Source: Hungatella sp. (GTDB taxonomy: Bacteria > Bacillota > Clostridia > Lachnospirales > Lachnospiraceae). Taken from it: 64,000 nt of DNA. A program made the position numbers and the translations under genes. The notes below the pieces were generated by a model that worked only from the letters and a program-made list of their open reading frames with translations, was not told the DNA's origin and did not search any database. Below, in pieces: positions 54,203 to 64,000 of this stretch; position 1 is the first letter of the stretch, and every line of letters begins with the position of its first letter. The stretch covers positions 15,194 to 79,193 of the forward strand of contig JAAWHK010000002.1 of NCBI GenBank assembly GCA_022795805.1, in the 5' to 3' direction.

Positions 54203-54934
54203 TTATTTCCCTGGGGGTCGTTCTTCGTAAGGCCTCCCGGCCCTGTCACAGGGTTCCTCCCTGGCCACCAGAATCGTGTAGTACCCCGCCTCATCCGGCA
54301 TCCTGCGGACATCCGGACAGATGCGCTCATCCGCCATGCCGCAGTTTTCCACCATCACTGCTGCCTGATTCCTCTCCAGAAGCATGGTTTTTATCCGGGA
54401 CAATCCGGAGGCCGCCTTCATAAATATTCTGGTTCCCTTATAGTCCATGGCCTCCTCCACGTCGTAGCTGGAGGGGATAATGTGGATCTGCTGGGACCTG
54501 TCCGCCAGACTGTCCCCTATCCTGGCCGCAGCCGCGCAAAAAGACGGCACGCCGCTGACGATGCAGGCGTCATAGCCTCTGCGCTTTGCGATACGGTGGA
54601 TGTAGATATAGGTGGAATAGATGGTGGGATCCCCCAGAGTCAGGTAAGCCACATCCTTCCCCTCATCCAGACGCTTTGCAATCTCATCCGCTGCCGCCTC
54701 ATAGCTTTCGTTCAGCACCCTCCTGTTCTTCGTCATGGGTGTGGACAGGCGCAGGCACTCTTTCCGATCCAGATTCTCCACCGCCTGCTTTGCAATCCGG
54801 TAGCTTACCGCCCGGTCTCCGCCTCCGGACGGAACCGCGATAACCGGACACCGCTCAATGGTCTCCACGGCCAGGCAGGTCATCAGCTTCGGGTCTCCCG
54901 GCCCCACTCCCACGCCGTACAAGGTTCCTCTCAT
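54203..54934 (-). CDS. cbiL: Precorrin-2 C20-methyltransferase
   Basis: LYGVGVGPGDP, LTLGDPTIYST and GVPSF; GGAGG RBS before ATG 54934. Confidence 0.88.
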   Translation of the reverse strand: MRGTLYGVGVGPGDPKLMTCLAVETIERCPVIAVPSGGGDRAVSYRIAKQAVENLDRKECLRLSTPMTKNRRVLNESYEAAADEIAKRLDEGKDVAYLTLGDPTIYSTYIYIHRIAKRRGYDACIVSGVPSFCAAAARIGDSLADRSQQIHIIPSSYDVEEAMDYKGTRIFMKAASGLSRIKTMLLERNQAAVMVENCGMADERICPDVRRMPDEAGYYTILVAREEPCDRAGRPYEERPPGK

Positions 54935-54951
54935 ATCTTTGTCCTCCCGCC

Positions 54952-55941
54952 TTAGGGCGTTCCGTAGTATCCTCCGCCCTCGATCACCTGACACGTCCCG
55001 AAGACGGCGTTCACCGCCGCCTCATAGTCCTCAGGCCTTTGGGCCTTCTTGATCTTCTTTGCGGCCTTCTCTCCGTCTTGAAAGGCGTAAAGCATATAGC
55101 ACCAGATCTCTTTCATCTTAAACAGCACAACCCTGGGCCCCGCCTCCTTTAAATATACCCGGCGGTTGGCTTCGTAGAGGCGGTCGTGGAACTCTCTGAG
55201 ACGCCTTTTGGCTTCCTTGGTCCCTGCATCCGCCTGCTCCCCGCCCGGCCTGCAAAACAGAAGCCCCGGGTACGCCACGATCCCCCTTCCCATCATCACC
55301 GCCAAAAGGCCCGGGAACCGGTCTCTCAGTCTTTCAATATCCTCCTGCCGAAAGATATCCCCGTTGTAGCATACAGGCGCCCTGCTCCTGGCAAACGCCC
55401 GTTCAAACGCGTCCATGTGAGGGGTGTTCCTGTAGTAATCTTCCCTGACTCTGGGGTGGATAATCAGCTCCTCCAGCTCATAGCGGTTGTATACATCCAA
55501 CAGCCGGTGAAACTCATCGGGGGTTTTGACGCCCAGCCGGGTTTTGACGGAAATCTTCATGTCAAGGCCGGCGAAAATATCGTAAAGACACCGGTCCAAC
55601 TCCTCAGGCTGCGCCAAGAAACCGGCGCCCCTTCTCTTGGACACCACCGTGCCGGAGGGACACCCCAGATTCAGGTTCACCTCCCCGTAGCCCATGGCCT
55701 TCAGCGTCTTTGCGGTGCGCACAAAGTCAGGGGCGCTGTTGGTGAGAATCTGGGGCACCACATACATGCCTTTGTTGTTGTCCGGGTCCACGTCCCTCAG
55801 CTCCCTGGGCCCTAATTTTCCTGTCTGGTTGGGAGATAGAAAGGGAGTAAAATACTTATCCATTCCGCCGAAACAGTCATGGTACACGCCGCGGAATATA
55901 TAGCCGGTGATCCCCTCCATGGGGGCCAGGTAGCGTCTCAT
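54952..55941 (-). CDS. tRNA-dihydrouridine synthase family protein
   Basis: LAPMEGIT, NLNLGCPS, SVKTRLG, IHPR, NGDI and MMGRG. Confidence 0.93.
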   Translation of the reverse strand: MRRYLAPMEGITGYIFRGVYHDCFGGMDKYFTPFLSPNQTGKLGPRELRDVDPDNNKGMYVVPQILTNSAPDFVRTAKTLKAMGYGEVNLNLGCPSGTVVSKRRGAGFLAQPEELDRCLYDIFAGLDMKISVKTRLGVKTPDEFHRLLDVYNRYELEELIIHPRVREDYYRNTPHMDAFERAFARSRAPVCYNGDIFRQEDIERLRDRFPGLLAVMMGRGIVAYPGLLFCRPGGEQADAGTKEAKRRLREFHDRLYEANRRVYLKEAGPRVVLFKMKEIWCYMLYAFQDGEKAAKKIKKAQRPEDYEAAVNAVFGTCQVIEGGGYYGTP

Positions 55942-56426
55942 GACTCCACCGTCAGATCTGCCGTGGCGTAAGGGATAATCCCCGCCAGATCCCGCGGCGT
56001 CATCTCAACCTGATACCCGATCTTTCCCCCGCTGATAAAAAACGTATCCCACTCCCCGACACTTTCGTCAATGACGGTCCTGAAATACTTCTTCATGCCC
56101 ACAGGCGAACAGCCTCCGTGGACATAACCCGTAAGGGGCAGAAGGTCCTTTGACTTTACCATGGACACCGACTTTTCCCCCACGGCCCTGGCCGCCTTCT
56201 TAAGATCCAGCTCTCTGGCCGCCGGGATCACAAACACGTAATGCTGCCCGCTTCCCGCCTCCGTAACCAGCGTCTTAAACACCCGGGAGGGATTCTGCCC
56301 CAGAAGATGTGCCACATCAGTGCCGGAGAGCGCTTCCCCGTCCCCGTAGACATGGCTCTTATATGGTATCTTTTTCCTGTCCAGAAGACGCATTACATTG
56401 GTCTTTTCTTCTTTCATCCTCATCAC
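55938..56426 (-). CDS. ybaK: Cys-tRNA(Pro) deacylase YbaK/EbsC
   Basis: KTNVMRLL, VFKTLV and TGYVHGGCSPVGMK. Confidence 0.95.
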   Translation of the reverse strand: MMRMKEEKTNVMRLLDRKKIPYKSHVYGDGEALSGTDVAHLLGQNPSRVFKTLVTEAGSGQHYVFVIPAARELDLKKAARAVGEKSVSMVKSKDLLPLTGYVHGGCSPVGMKKYFRTVIDESVGEWDTFFISGGKIGYQVEMTPRDLAGIIPYATADLTVES

Positions 56427-57586
56427 CCCCTGCCGTCTGCACCCATCCGCAAATCATCCTTCACCGACACCCGCCACAGCGCCGTGCTGAACAAAAACAT
56501 TCCCGCACAGGGCACGATGTTGGTCGCCATGCCCGCCGCGATGCCGAATCTCTCGGCCGCAACGCCGATGACCCAGGGCATCAGTATGGCGCCGCTGCTG
56601 GCGGCAGGCAGCATGATTCCCATGCTGGTGACGCTGGTCATCCTTCCCGCACTGGCCACCGCCGTGGGATTCATCCCCGCCATGGCGAAGGCGAAGGCAA
56701 ACAGAAGCAGAAAAGCCGCTGTCTGGCTTTTTGCCGTTATGAGTCCTATATAGAAGACGGTGCCGAAGATTCCCATCCTGATCATGGCCGTGTATGCATT
56801 TTTCAGGGGAAACACAAACGCGATCAGCATCCTGGCAATCAGAGTGGCACTCCACATCACGGTCACCGTGTAGGTGCTGAGGGCCCCGGAGATAATGCCG
56901 CTCCCCTTAAAGTATGTCACCAGCCACCCGGTGACGCTGGTCTCCGCCCCGTTCTGACAGAATAAAAGGCCTGTCAGCAGCCAGAATTTCCTGCTCCTTA
57001 GAAAACTCCAGTCCGTATGTTCCTTCTGGGTGCGTTCCCTTTCCTCCATGGGCACGGCCGCAAAAGCCAGCCACACCGAAAGCCCGCACAGCGCCAGGAC
57101 AGCCGTCGCCAGCCGGTCTTCTCCTCTGCGGGCCGCCCCGATGACAAAGGGGCACAGAAGGGCTCCCAGAGCATAGCAGCTGTGCATCAGATTCATGCCT
57201 TTCGTCCTGTCTTTTGAGTTGTCCCCCACCAGGATGGTACAGCAGTTTAAGGTGCTGCCCTTGGCGATTCCCACCAGAAAAAATGCGGCCATCAGCATGG
57301 GAACCCACCCTGACGCCGACATAAACAGATACCCCAAGGCGTACCCGCCTGTGAGAATCACCATGGTCTTCTTCATCCCGATCTTTCCCGGAAGAATACC
57401 AGAGGCAAACCCGGCCATCAGATTGCCGATGCTCATCAGCGACAGAAGCGTTCCCGTGGTGCTGTAGGCAAACCCGTATAACTCCTGCAGCATGCTTACC
57501 ACCACACCGGCGCTGATTACGCAGACGCCGCTGATAAAGAATACCGCCAGCCCCGTATTGCGCTGTCTAATTCTGCTCTGTTCCAT
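56423..57586 (-). CDS. MFS transporter
   Basis: About 12 hydrophobic segments with MFS-like two-fold repeat; substrate unknown. Confidence 0.88.
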   Translation of the reverse strand: MEQSRIRQRNTGLAVFFISGVCVISAGVVVSMLQELYGFAYSTTGTLLSLMSIGNLMAGFASGILPGKIGMKKTMVILTGGYALGYLFMSASGWVPMLMAAFFLVGIAKGSTLNCCTILVGDNSKDRTKGMNLMHSCYALGALLCPFVIGAARRGEDRLATAVLALCGLSVWLAFAAVPMEERERTQKEHTDWSFLRSRKFWLLTGLLFCQNGAETSVTGWLVTYFKGSGIISGALSTYTVTVMWSATLIARMLIAFVFPLKNAYTAMIRMGIFGTVFYIGLITAKSQTAAFLLLFAFAFAMAGMNPTAVASAGRMTSVTSMGIMLPAASSGAILMPWVIGVAAERFGIAAGMATNIVPCAGMFLFSTALWRVSVKDDLRMGADGRG

Positions 57587-57773
57587 TTTCCGTTCCCTTT
57601 CCTGCTTTGTTTCTCTCATGTACTGCCACGAGGACAAGTATATAACACTATGCTCTTTACCGCAAGCTGAAAGTTACGGTAGGACAATCCTCCACTTTAA
57701 AAATTTCCCCTTCCATGTTATAATGAAAATCACGAATTGAACCAACTTAAAAAACACACAAAGGAGACCTTTT

Positions 57774-58598
57774 ATGAAACACAGTTATCTGCTTCCCATA
57801 CTGTTTCTCACCGCGTCCGTAGCCGCAGGCGGCTGCACCAGAAAGCACGAGGCCATGGACTTGTCCGGCATCCACACGTCGGCAGCCAGGGAGACCATGG
57901 CATCATCCACGGTGGCCGCCACGTCGGCAGCCCAGGAGACCTCACCGGCCTCTCAGGACACCGCCCCCGGCTCCCCGGCCAACGTGTCGGCCGTTATTGA
58001 GACCTACAAGGACGATTCCAAGGGATCTGTGTCCATCCAGTACCCGGTCGTAGCCAACTTAAGCGATTCCCAGACAGAAGAGAAGGTTAATGAGCTCCTC
58101 CTGGCCAACGCCACGGCCGTGGCCGACGCCGTAAGTGACGACGGGCCGGTGACCCTGGACATAACCTGCGATGTGGTGTCCGTGGACCGGAACCGCCTTA
58201 CGGCCGTATACAAGGGCACCTGCCAGACGGACGGCGGAGCATACCCTGTCAATCTTTTCTACACCAACACCGTAGATTTAAAGCAGGCAAAAAGCCTTGG
58301 GTTTAACGACTACTCCGACGCCTACACCATGGCCGGATACGTGATGTCCGACGACGTCCGGTTCTTCCAGGCCGGTTCCGATCTCACAAAAGCACTTCTG
58401 GCTCACCGGGCTTCCATGTCCGTTGAGGAGTACACGGCGCTGTTTGAGAGCGCGGATTTCCCCCTGGGCACCGGCGGGGACGCCGCGTTTCCGGAGTCTT
58501 TCAGCTACACCCACGAGGGGGTTTTATACTTCTCCATCCCGGTTCCCCACGCCCTGGGGGATTACGCCATCGTCACCTTTAACATGGACGGCAAATAA
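57774..58598 (+). CDS. Lipoprotein (PdaC/DUF4163-like fold suspected)
   Basis: AAGGAG RBS; lipobox AGGC; SIQYP...KVNELL and VPHALGDY. Confidence 0.75.
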   Translation: MKHSYLLPILFLTASVAAGGCTRKHEAMDLSGIHTSAARETMASSTVAATSAAQETSPASQDTAPGSPANVSAVIETYKDDSKGSVSIQYPVVANLSDSQTEEKVNELLLANATAVADAVSDDGPVTLDITCDVVSVDRNRLTAVYKGTCQTDGGAYPVNLFYTNTVDLKQAKSLGFNDYSDAYTMAGYVMSDDVRFFQAGSDLTKALLAHRASMSVEEYTALFESADFPLGTGGDAAFPESFSYTHEGVLYFSIPVPHALGDYAIVTFNMDGK

Positions 58599-58636
58599 TC
58601 CCGTCCCCTAATTTATATACGAAAGGACGACTTCCT

Positions 58637-59266
58637 ATGGAAAATGTAACCGTTTTTGACCACCCTCTGATTCAGCACAAGATCTCCAAGCTCCGCGACA
58701 AGAATACCGGAACCAACGAATTCAGGGCTCTCATAGAAGAGATCGCCATGCTCATGGGATACGAGGCTTTGCGGGACCTGCCCATGGAGGATGTGGAGGT
58801 GGAGACCCCCATCGAGACCTGCATGACCCCCATGCTCTCCGGCAAGAAGCTGGCCGTCGTGCCCATCCTCAGAGCCGGCCTGGGCATGGTCAACGGCATC
58901 CTGGCCCTGGTTCCCTCCGCCAAGGTGGGCCATATCGGCCTGTACCGCGACGAAGAGACTCACGAGCCCCACGAATACTACTGCAAGCTGCCAAGCCCCA
59001 TCGACCAGCGGACCATCGTGGTCACCGATCCCATGCTGGCCACCGGCGGTTCCGGCGCCGCTGCCGTGGACTTTATCAAGCAGCACGGAGGAAAACACAT
59101 CAAATTTATGTCCATCATCGCTGCCCCGGAGGGCTTAAAGCGCCTTCATGAGGCTCACCCGGATATCCACATCTATGTGGGCCATCTGGACCGCTGCCTT
59201 AACGCCAACGCCTACATATGTCCGGGGCTGGGCGATGCGGGGGACCGGATCTTCGGGACAAAGTAA
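58637..59266 (+). CDS. upp: Uracil phosphoribosyltransferase
   Basis: [25 protein letters not shown] and [14 protein letters not shown]. Confidence 0.99.
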   Translation: MENVTVFDHPLIQHKISKLRDKNTGTNEFRALIEEIAMLMGYEALRDLPMEDVEVETPIETCMTPMLSGKKLAVVPILRAGLGMVNGILALVPSAKVGHIGLYRDEETHEPHEYYCKLPSPIDQRTIVVTDPMLATGGSGAAAVDFIKQHGGKHIKFMSIIAAPEGLKRLHEAHPDIHIYVGHLDRCLNANAYICPGLGDAGDRIFGTK

Positions 59267-59313
59267 GTCCCCGCAGGATACAGGTTACGGCCTGGTCCTG
59301 TAACCTGCATGCA

Positions 59314-59358
59314 GAAATCCATCCCCTGTCCGGAAAATTCGGACAGGGGATGGATTTC
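59314..59358. terminator. 19-bp perfect-stem hairpin between convergent genes
   Basis: GAAATCCATCCCCTGTCCG pairs with CGGACAGGGGATGGATTTC; 7-nt loop. Confidence 0.8.
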
Positions 59359-59375
59359 GTCTTTGTCTCCCGCAG

Positions 59376-59428
59376 TCTTCAAATCTTCAAATCTTCAAAT
59401 CTTCAAATCTGCAAATCTGCAAATCTGC
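59376..59428. repeat. 8-bp microsatellite (AAATCTTC)x3 (AAATCTGC)x3 plus a partial unit
   Basis: Read directly; abuts the stop codon of the GlmU-like gene. Confidence 0.95.
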
Positions 59429-60105
59429 TACCGCGCTTCCTTCTCCACGATGACGCCTTCCCTCTTAAAGATGGAATTCCTGTTTACGCATCCCCTGACG
59501 CTGGACAAAGGATAGATGCTGCTGTGAGCGCCCACAACACTGCCCGGATTCAGGACACAGCCGCAGCCCACCTCCACAAAGTCCCCTATGGCAGCGCCGA
59601 ACTTTTTGAGCCCGGTCTCTATATCCCCGTCTTCGCCGTGGACTTTCACCAGCGTCTTGTCGGATTTCACGTTGGATGTGAGGGAGGCGGCACCCATATG
59701 GGACTTGTACCCCAGGACAGAGTCGCCCACATAATTATAGTGGGGGACCTGAACACCGTCGAAGAGAATCACATTCTTAAGCTCCGTGGAATTGCCCACC
59801 ACTGCTCCCTCGCCCACCAGCACGTTTCCCCTGACAAAGGCCCCGGGCCTTATTTCTGCGTTCCGGCAGAAAATGGCAGGCCCCTTGACAGTGGCCGTAG
59901 GCGGCACGGTCACCGTTTTGTGGATCCACACATCCTCCCCCAGGCGCTGGTACTCATCCTCAGAAAGCCCACTCCCCAGTTCTCTCACAATATCCCCGAT
60001 ATGGGGCAGGACCTCCCAGGGGTAGGTATACGCCTCCAGATACGTTCCTGCAATGGTCTTGCCGGTATCATATAATTCCCTGATGGTCATCTCGTCTCTT
60101 TTCAT
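59428..60105 (-). CDS. Left-handed beta-helix acyltransferase, GlmU C-terminal-like
   Basis: YPWEVL, IRPGAFVRGN, PHYNYVGDSVLG and KKFGA; no pyrophosphorylase domain. Confidence 0.85.
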   Translation of the reverse strand: MKRDEMTIRELYDTGKTIAGTYLEAYTYPWEVLPHIGDIVRELGSGLSEDEYQRLGEDVWIHKTVTVPPTATVKGPAIFCRNAEIRPGAFVRGNVLVGEGAVVGNSTELKNVILFDGVQVPHYNYVGDSVLGYKSHMGAASLTSNVKSDKTLVKVHGEDGDIETGLKKFGAAIGDFVEVGCGCVLNPGSVVGAHSSIYPLSSVRGCVNRNSIFKREGVIVEKEAR

Positions 60106-60153
60106 CACACATGTCCTCCACTTCCGTTTTTCAAACAGGCTCTCACACCGATA

Positions 60154-62262
60154 TCACGTTCCGCTTTTATAATATTGCGCCGCCGCGTCAAAATATTCCC
60201 GCAGCTGATACTGATTGTTGAGGCGCAGCACATTTCCCGTCCGCCCCGCCACAAAACGCTCCAGCTTCTCCATGTATTCCTCGCTGGTAATGCTGCCCTC
60301 CGCCACATAGGTAAGCCCTTTCTCCCAGCTGGCCGTCAGCTCCGGATTCAGCAGCTGACGTATGGAGGCGTTGACCACATCAAAAATCATCTCCCCCAGA
60401 AGGGAAGGCGTGATCACCTGGGTCTTGCCGTTCAGCGCCAGGTACCTGATATTCACCAGTTTTTTCAGGATCTCCGCCCTGGTGGCGCTGGTTCCGATTC
60501 CGCTTCCCTTTATCTGGGCCCGCAGCTCCTCATCCTCGATCAGCTGCCCGGCATTCTCCATGGCCAGAATCATGGAACCGGAGGTGTATCGCTTGGGCGG
60601 CGAAGTCTCCCCCTCCTTCACGGCAAAACCGGAGATGCTCAGCACCGTCCCCTTTTTCAGGCTTCCCAGCATCCGGATAAACTCCGGGTTATCAATGTTC
60701 TTCTGGAAAATTTCCTCGCCGCTTTTGGGATTCTCCCTGGCAGCGTCCCCGCCTGCCTGGCCGTCCTCCTTATCCTTGCCGTCTTCCCGGGGCGACGTCT
60801 TTTTGCCCTGGGATGTGTCCGCAACTTTCAGGTACCCTCTGTCCACCAGAACGCGGAAGGTGGCAAAAAAATGTTCCCCCATGCGCTCCAGGTTAAGGCT
60901 GTACTTCTGGTACACCGCAGGCGGATAGAAAATGCCCAGAAACCTTCTGGCAATCACCATGTAAACCTTCTGGGCCAGGGCGGACAGGCGGCTCAAAGCC
61001 GAAAGTCCCTGGCCTGTGGGGATGATGGCGTAGTGGTCCGTAATCTGTTTGTCATTGACATACCTGGTCTTCGCGATCCCCTTGTACGTCCCCGCCTCCA
61101 GTATCTCCCCGGCAAACCCGGACAGGGGAGCAAAATTCTTCAGGCCTCCGATATTCTTGTGGATCTCCTTGGCCACCGCCGCAGACAGCACCCGGGCATC
61201 GGTTCGCGGGTAGGTCACCAGCTTCTTTTCGTAGAGTTCCTGAACGATCTTCAAAGTCTCGTCAGGGCTTATCTTAAACATCTTGGAACAGTCATTCTGA
61301 AGCTCCGCCAGATTGTACAGAAGGGGCGGGTTCTTGGACTCCTTCTTTTTCTCGATCTTAGCCACCGCGGCTGTCAGAGGAGGATCCTGGGACAGATAAT
61401 CGATCAGCTCCACGGCATGTTTTCTCTCCCTGAATCCGTTCTCCTTGTAGAGAAAGGGGGTGCCGAAATACCGGGACCCCTCCACGCTCCTCCACTCTCC
61501 CTCAAAGGACAGCGCCCCGGCGGTATCATCCCCCTGGCCGGCGGACTGGCCGGGCCCTAAAAAGGTTCCCAGCACCCGGTAAAAGGGCGTCTTCACGAAG
61601 CTGCGGATCTCCCGCTCCCTGCGGACCACCATCCCCAGGACGCAGGTCATCACCCTGCCCACGGACAGCACGGTACGGTCCGTGCGCAGATAGTTGGAGA
61701 TGGTATTGCCGTATTTCAGGGTCAGAAGCCGTGAAAAATTGATCCCCATAAGGTAGTCTTCCTTGGCCCGCAGGTAGGCTGACGCCGACAAATTGTCGTA
61801 CGCGCTCCAGTCCCTGGCGTTCCGAATCCCCTTTAAGATCTCCTCCTCTGTCTGGGAGTCAATCCACACCCTCTTGCGCTTCTTGTCCTTAACTCCCGCC
61901 ATCTGGTCCACCAGGCGGTAGATGTACTCACCTTCCCGCCCGGAGTCGGTGCAGATGTAGATGGTATCCACATCCTGCCGGTTTAAAAGCCTGCTGACGG
62001 TCTGAAACTGCTTGCTCACATTGTCAATCACCTGATACTTAAATTCCTTCGGTAAAAATGGCAAAGTCTCCAGGCTCCAGCGCTTATATTTCGGGTCGTA
62101 GGCCTCCGGATAGCTCATGGTTACCAGATGGCCCACGCACCAGGTCACCACCGCGTCCTCAGCCTCCATAAACCCGTCACCCCGCCGCCAGTTCTTTTTC
62201 AGCGCATTGGCAAACTCCTGGGCCACGCTGGGTTTTTCCGCTATGTATAAAGATTTCGTCAT
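60154..62262 (-). CDS. topB: DNA topoisomerase III
   Basis: IAEKPSVA, TWCVGHL, DSGREGE, SVGRV, active-site TYPRTD and GIGTSATRA. Confidence 0.92.
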   Translation of the reverse strand: MTKSLYIAEKPSVAQEFANALKKNWRRGDGFMEAEDAVVTWCVGHLVTMSYPEAYDPKYKRWSLETLPFLPKEFKYQVIDNVSKQFQTVSRLLNRQDVDTIYICTDSGREGEYIYRLVDQMAGVKDKKRKRVWIDSQTEEEILKGIRNARDWSAYDNLSASAYLRAKEDYLMGINFSRLLTLKYGNTISNYLRTDRTVLSVGRVMTCVLGMVVRREREIRSFVKTPFYRVLGTFLGPGQSAGQGDDTAGALSFEGEWRSVEGSRYFGTPFLYKENGFRERKHAVELIDYLSQDPPLTAAVAKIEKKKESKNPPLLYNLAELQNDCSKMFKISPDETLKIVQELYEKKLVTYPRTDARVLSAAVAKEIHKNIGGLKNFAPLSGFAGEILEAGTYKGIAKTRYVNDKQITDHYAIIPTGQGLSALSRLSALAQKVYMVIARRFLGIFYPPAVYQKYSLNLERMGEHFFATFRVLVDRGYLKVADTSQGKKTSPREDGKDKEDGQAGGDAARENPKSGEEIFQKNIDNPEFIRMLGSLKKGTVLSISGFAVKEGETSPPKRYTSGSMILAMENAGQLIEDEELRAQIKGSGIGTSATRAEILKKLVNIRYLALNGKTQVITPSLLGEMIFDVVNASIRQLLNPELTASWEKGLTYVAEGSITSEEYMEKLERFVAGRTGNVLRLNNQYQLREYFDAAAQYYKSGT

Positions 62263-62315
62263 ATCTTACCCCGCTTCTATATGCTTCCGTCTCCGCCCCG
62301 GGCATGAATCCCCTG

Positions 62316-63377
62316 TTACACGGTCAGAAATTTGTAGATGGTGGTGGTTTTGTACTCCTGCTTGGCCTTCACCACCGGCGACGGGAAGTTTGACTTGTTG
62401 ACCGCGTCCGGATAGTTCTGGGTCTCAAAGCAGTACCCGTGACGCTTATCGTAGCGGACTTTGCCCTTGGCGTCGCACACAGGACGCAGGCTGTTGCCCG
62501 TGTACAGCTGCACGCCAGGAAGATCCGTGTAGACTTCCATGGCCCGGCCGCTCTTTTCGTCCACAGCCTTTATGCAGAGGGACAGCTCCCCGGGCGTGTG
62601 GTTTAAGCACCAGTTGTGGTCATAGCCGTTGCCGAACTTAAGGGGCTCGTAGTCCGCGTCAATGTCGCGGCCAAGCGGCTTCATCTCCGTGAAGTCCATG
62701 GGCGTCCCCTTTACAGGCACCAGCTCCCCTGTGGGAATGGAATCCTCATCCGTAATCGTAAAGTAATCGGCGTCGATCCACACCTTCTGATCCATGGCAC
62801 ACCCCGTGTCATGGCCTGCCAGGTTAAAGTAGGCGTGATTGGTAAAATTCGCCACCGTGTCGGCATCGCATACCATATGGTAGTCCAGCTTCAGACTGTT
62901 GTCCGGCAGCAGTGTGTAGCTGACCGTCACATGGGCATTGCCCGGATATCCCTGGTCGCCGTCGGGGCTTAAGATGGAGAAACGGATGCGGATTCCCAGA
63001 CCGGTCTCCTCCACCTCTGTCTCCCACACCCGGTCCCTGTAAAAGTCCAGGCCGCTGTGAAGGTTATGTCTGCCGGAAGAGTTCTTCTCCAGCTCATACG
63101 TCTTTCCGTTGAGGGTAAAGGCCGCTCCGCCGATGCGGTTGGCATACCTTCCCACGATCTCCCCGATGTGTCCGGTTCCCCCCTGGATGGTCTCCACGGT
63201 GTCGTATCCCAAAACCACGTCAGCCATGTTTCCGTCCCTGTCCGGAACCACCATGGTCAGCCATGTCCCTCCCAGGTCCGTAAAGGAAGCCGACACCCCG
63301 TTTTCATTGGTCAATGTGTACCGGTACACCTTCCTGCCGTCCTTCATGGTTCCGAAATCTGTCTTTGTATAGCCCAT
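62316..63377 (-). CDS. galM: Aldose 1-epimerase (galactose mutarotase)
   Basis: GRYANRI, LHSG, DQGYPG, TNHAYFNL, YDHN, QLYTGN and CFETQ. Confidence 0.95.
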   Translation of the reverse strand: MGYTKTDFGTMKDGRKVYRYTLTNENGVSASFTDLGGTWLTMVVPDRDGNMADVVLGYDTVETIQGGTGHIGEIVGRYANRIGGAAFTLNGKTYELEKNSSGRHNLHSGLDFYRDRVWETEVEETGLGIRIRFSILSPDGDQGYPGNAHVTVSYTLLPDNSLKLDYHMVCDADTVANFTNHAYFNLAGHDTGCAMDQKVWIDADYFTITDEDSIPTGELVPVKGTPMDFTEMKPLGRDIDADYEPLKFGNGYDHNWCLNHTPGELSLCIKAVDEKSGRAMEVYTDLPGVQLYTGNSLRPVCDAKGKVRYDKRHGYCFETQNYPDAVNKSNFPSPVVKAKQEYKTTTIYKFLTV

Positions 63378-63485
63378 AATTGCTGCCTCCTTATATTTTT
63401 TTCTGGCTTTGCCGTTTCCACTATTTTACTACAGGCAGCCATGGTACACAAGCAGGTTTTTTACCGGAGACCCAAACAGCAGCCA

Positions 63486-63505
63486 GGCAGGCCATATGGC
63501 CTGCC
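63486..63505. terminator. 20-bp perfect palindrome just after asd
   Basis: GGCAGGCCATATGGCCTGCC. Confidence 0.6.
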
Positions 63506-63514
63506 CGCTCCGTC

Positions 63515-64000
63515 TCACGCCTGTTTTTCCCTGATATATCCCTGGGCCGTCAGAAGTTCCGCACACAGTATGGCTCCTCCCGCCGCTCCCCGGACCGTGT
63601 TGTGGGAAAGTCCCACGAATTTATAGTCGTAGATTGTATCTTCTCTGAGCCTTCCTATGGAGATCCCCATGCCGTTCTCAAAGTCCACATCCAGGCTTAC
63701 CTGGGGCCGGTTGTCCTCCTCCAGGTACTGGATAAACTGCCTGGGCGCGCTGGGAAGCTCAAGCTCCTGGGGAAGTCCCCTGAACTGTCTCAGTTTCTCG
63801 ATCAGCTGTTCCCTGGAAGGTTTCTTTCTGAATTTCACGAACACCGCCGCCGTATGGCCGTTTAACACCGGAACCCGGATGCACTGGCAGGTGATCACCG
63901 GCTGGGAAGCCTTCACAATCACCCCGTCCTCGATGGTTCCCCACAGCCGCAGAGGCTCCTGCTCGCTCTTCTCCTCCTCGCCGCCTATGTAAGGGATCAG
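63515..64000 (-). CDS. asd: Aspartate-semialdehyde dehydrogenase (3' part; runs off the window end)
   Basis: LIPYIGGEEEKSEQEP, CIRVPVLNGH and HNTVRGAAGGA. Confidence 0.95.
   Translation of the reverse strand: MIPYIGGEEEKSEQEPLRLWGTIEDGVIVKASQPVITCQCIRVPVLNGHTAAVFVKFRKKPSREQLIEKLRQFRGLPQELELPSAPRQFIQYLEEDNRPQVSLDVDFENGMGISIGRLREDTIYDYKFVGLSHNTVRGAAGGAILCAELLTAQGYIREKQA

Noticed and set aside
29038-61560. Other long antisense or alternative-frame ORFs (e.g. 29038-30282, 50229-51572, 53214-54230, 60175-61560)
   Set aside because: Shadow ORFs over well-supported genes, with no recognisable motifs.

Overview
Mostly core chromosome of a Clostridia-class bacterium; the gene content and order suggest Lachnospiraceae (inferred, not searched). 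Most genes lie on the minus strand. From left to right: lexA with a divergent LysM/YneA-like gene and four SOS boxes; a Xer-type recombinase; ttcA; LCP and NlpC/P60 wall enzymes; glmS; the rluD-lspA-aroB-sepF-yggS block; a shape/division operon (radC-mreC-mreD-PBP2-minCDE-rodA-mgsA-dac) that has no mreB; miaB-mutS-mutL-miaA-ynbB; an accessory-looking block of about 8 kb (two lipoproteins, a large membrane protein, a histidine kinase, a NarL-type regulator and an orphan ORF); ilvE; clpS-clpA; a phosphatase/RpiR-like pair; pepT; hisA and a HisF-like-HisIE fusion; cbiL-hemC-cobA/hemD; dus, ybaK, an MFS transporter, upp, topB, galM and asd. I saw no rRNA, tRNA, CRISPR array, IS element or prophage. 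The best leads are non-coding or very small: (1) a structured glmS leader that is not the glmS ribozyme; (2) the miaB upstream region, with a candidate ~60-nt antisense hairpin RNA and a 26-codon ORF; (3) a paired GTGACA/TGTCAC operator in front of the two-component module; (4) a 42-bp tandem repeat inside mutL. All of these are hypotheses from reading the sequence; no searches or folding programs were run.
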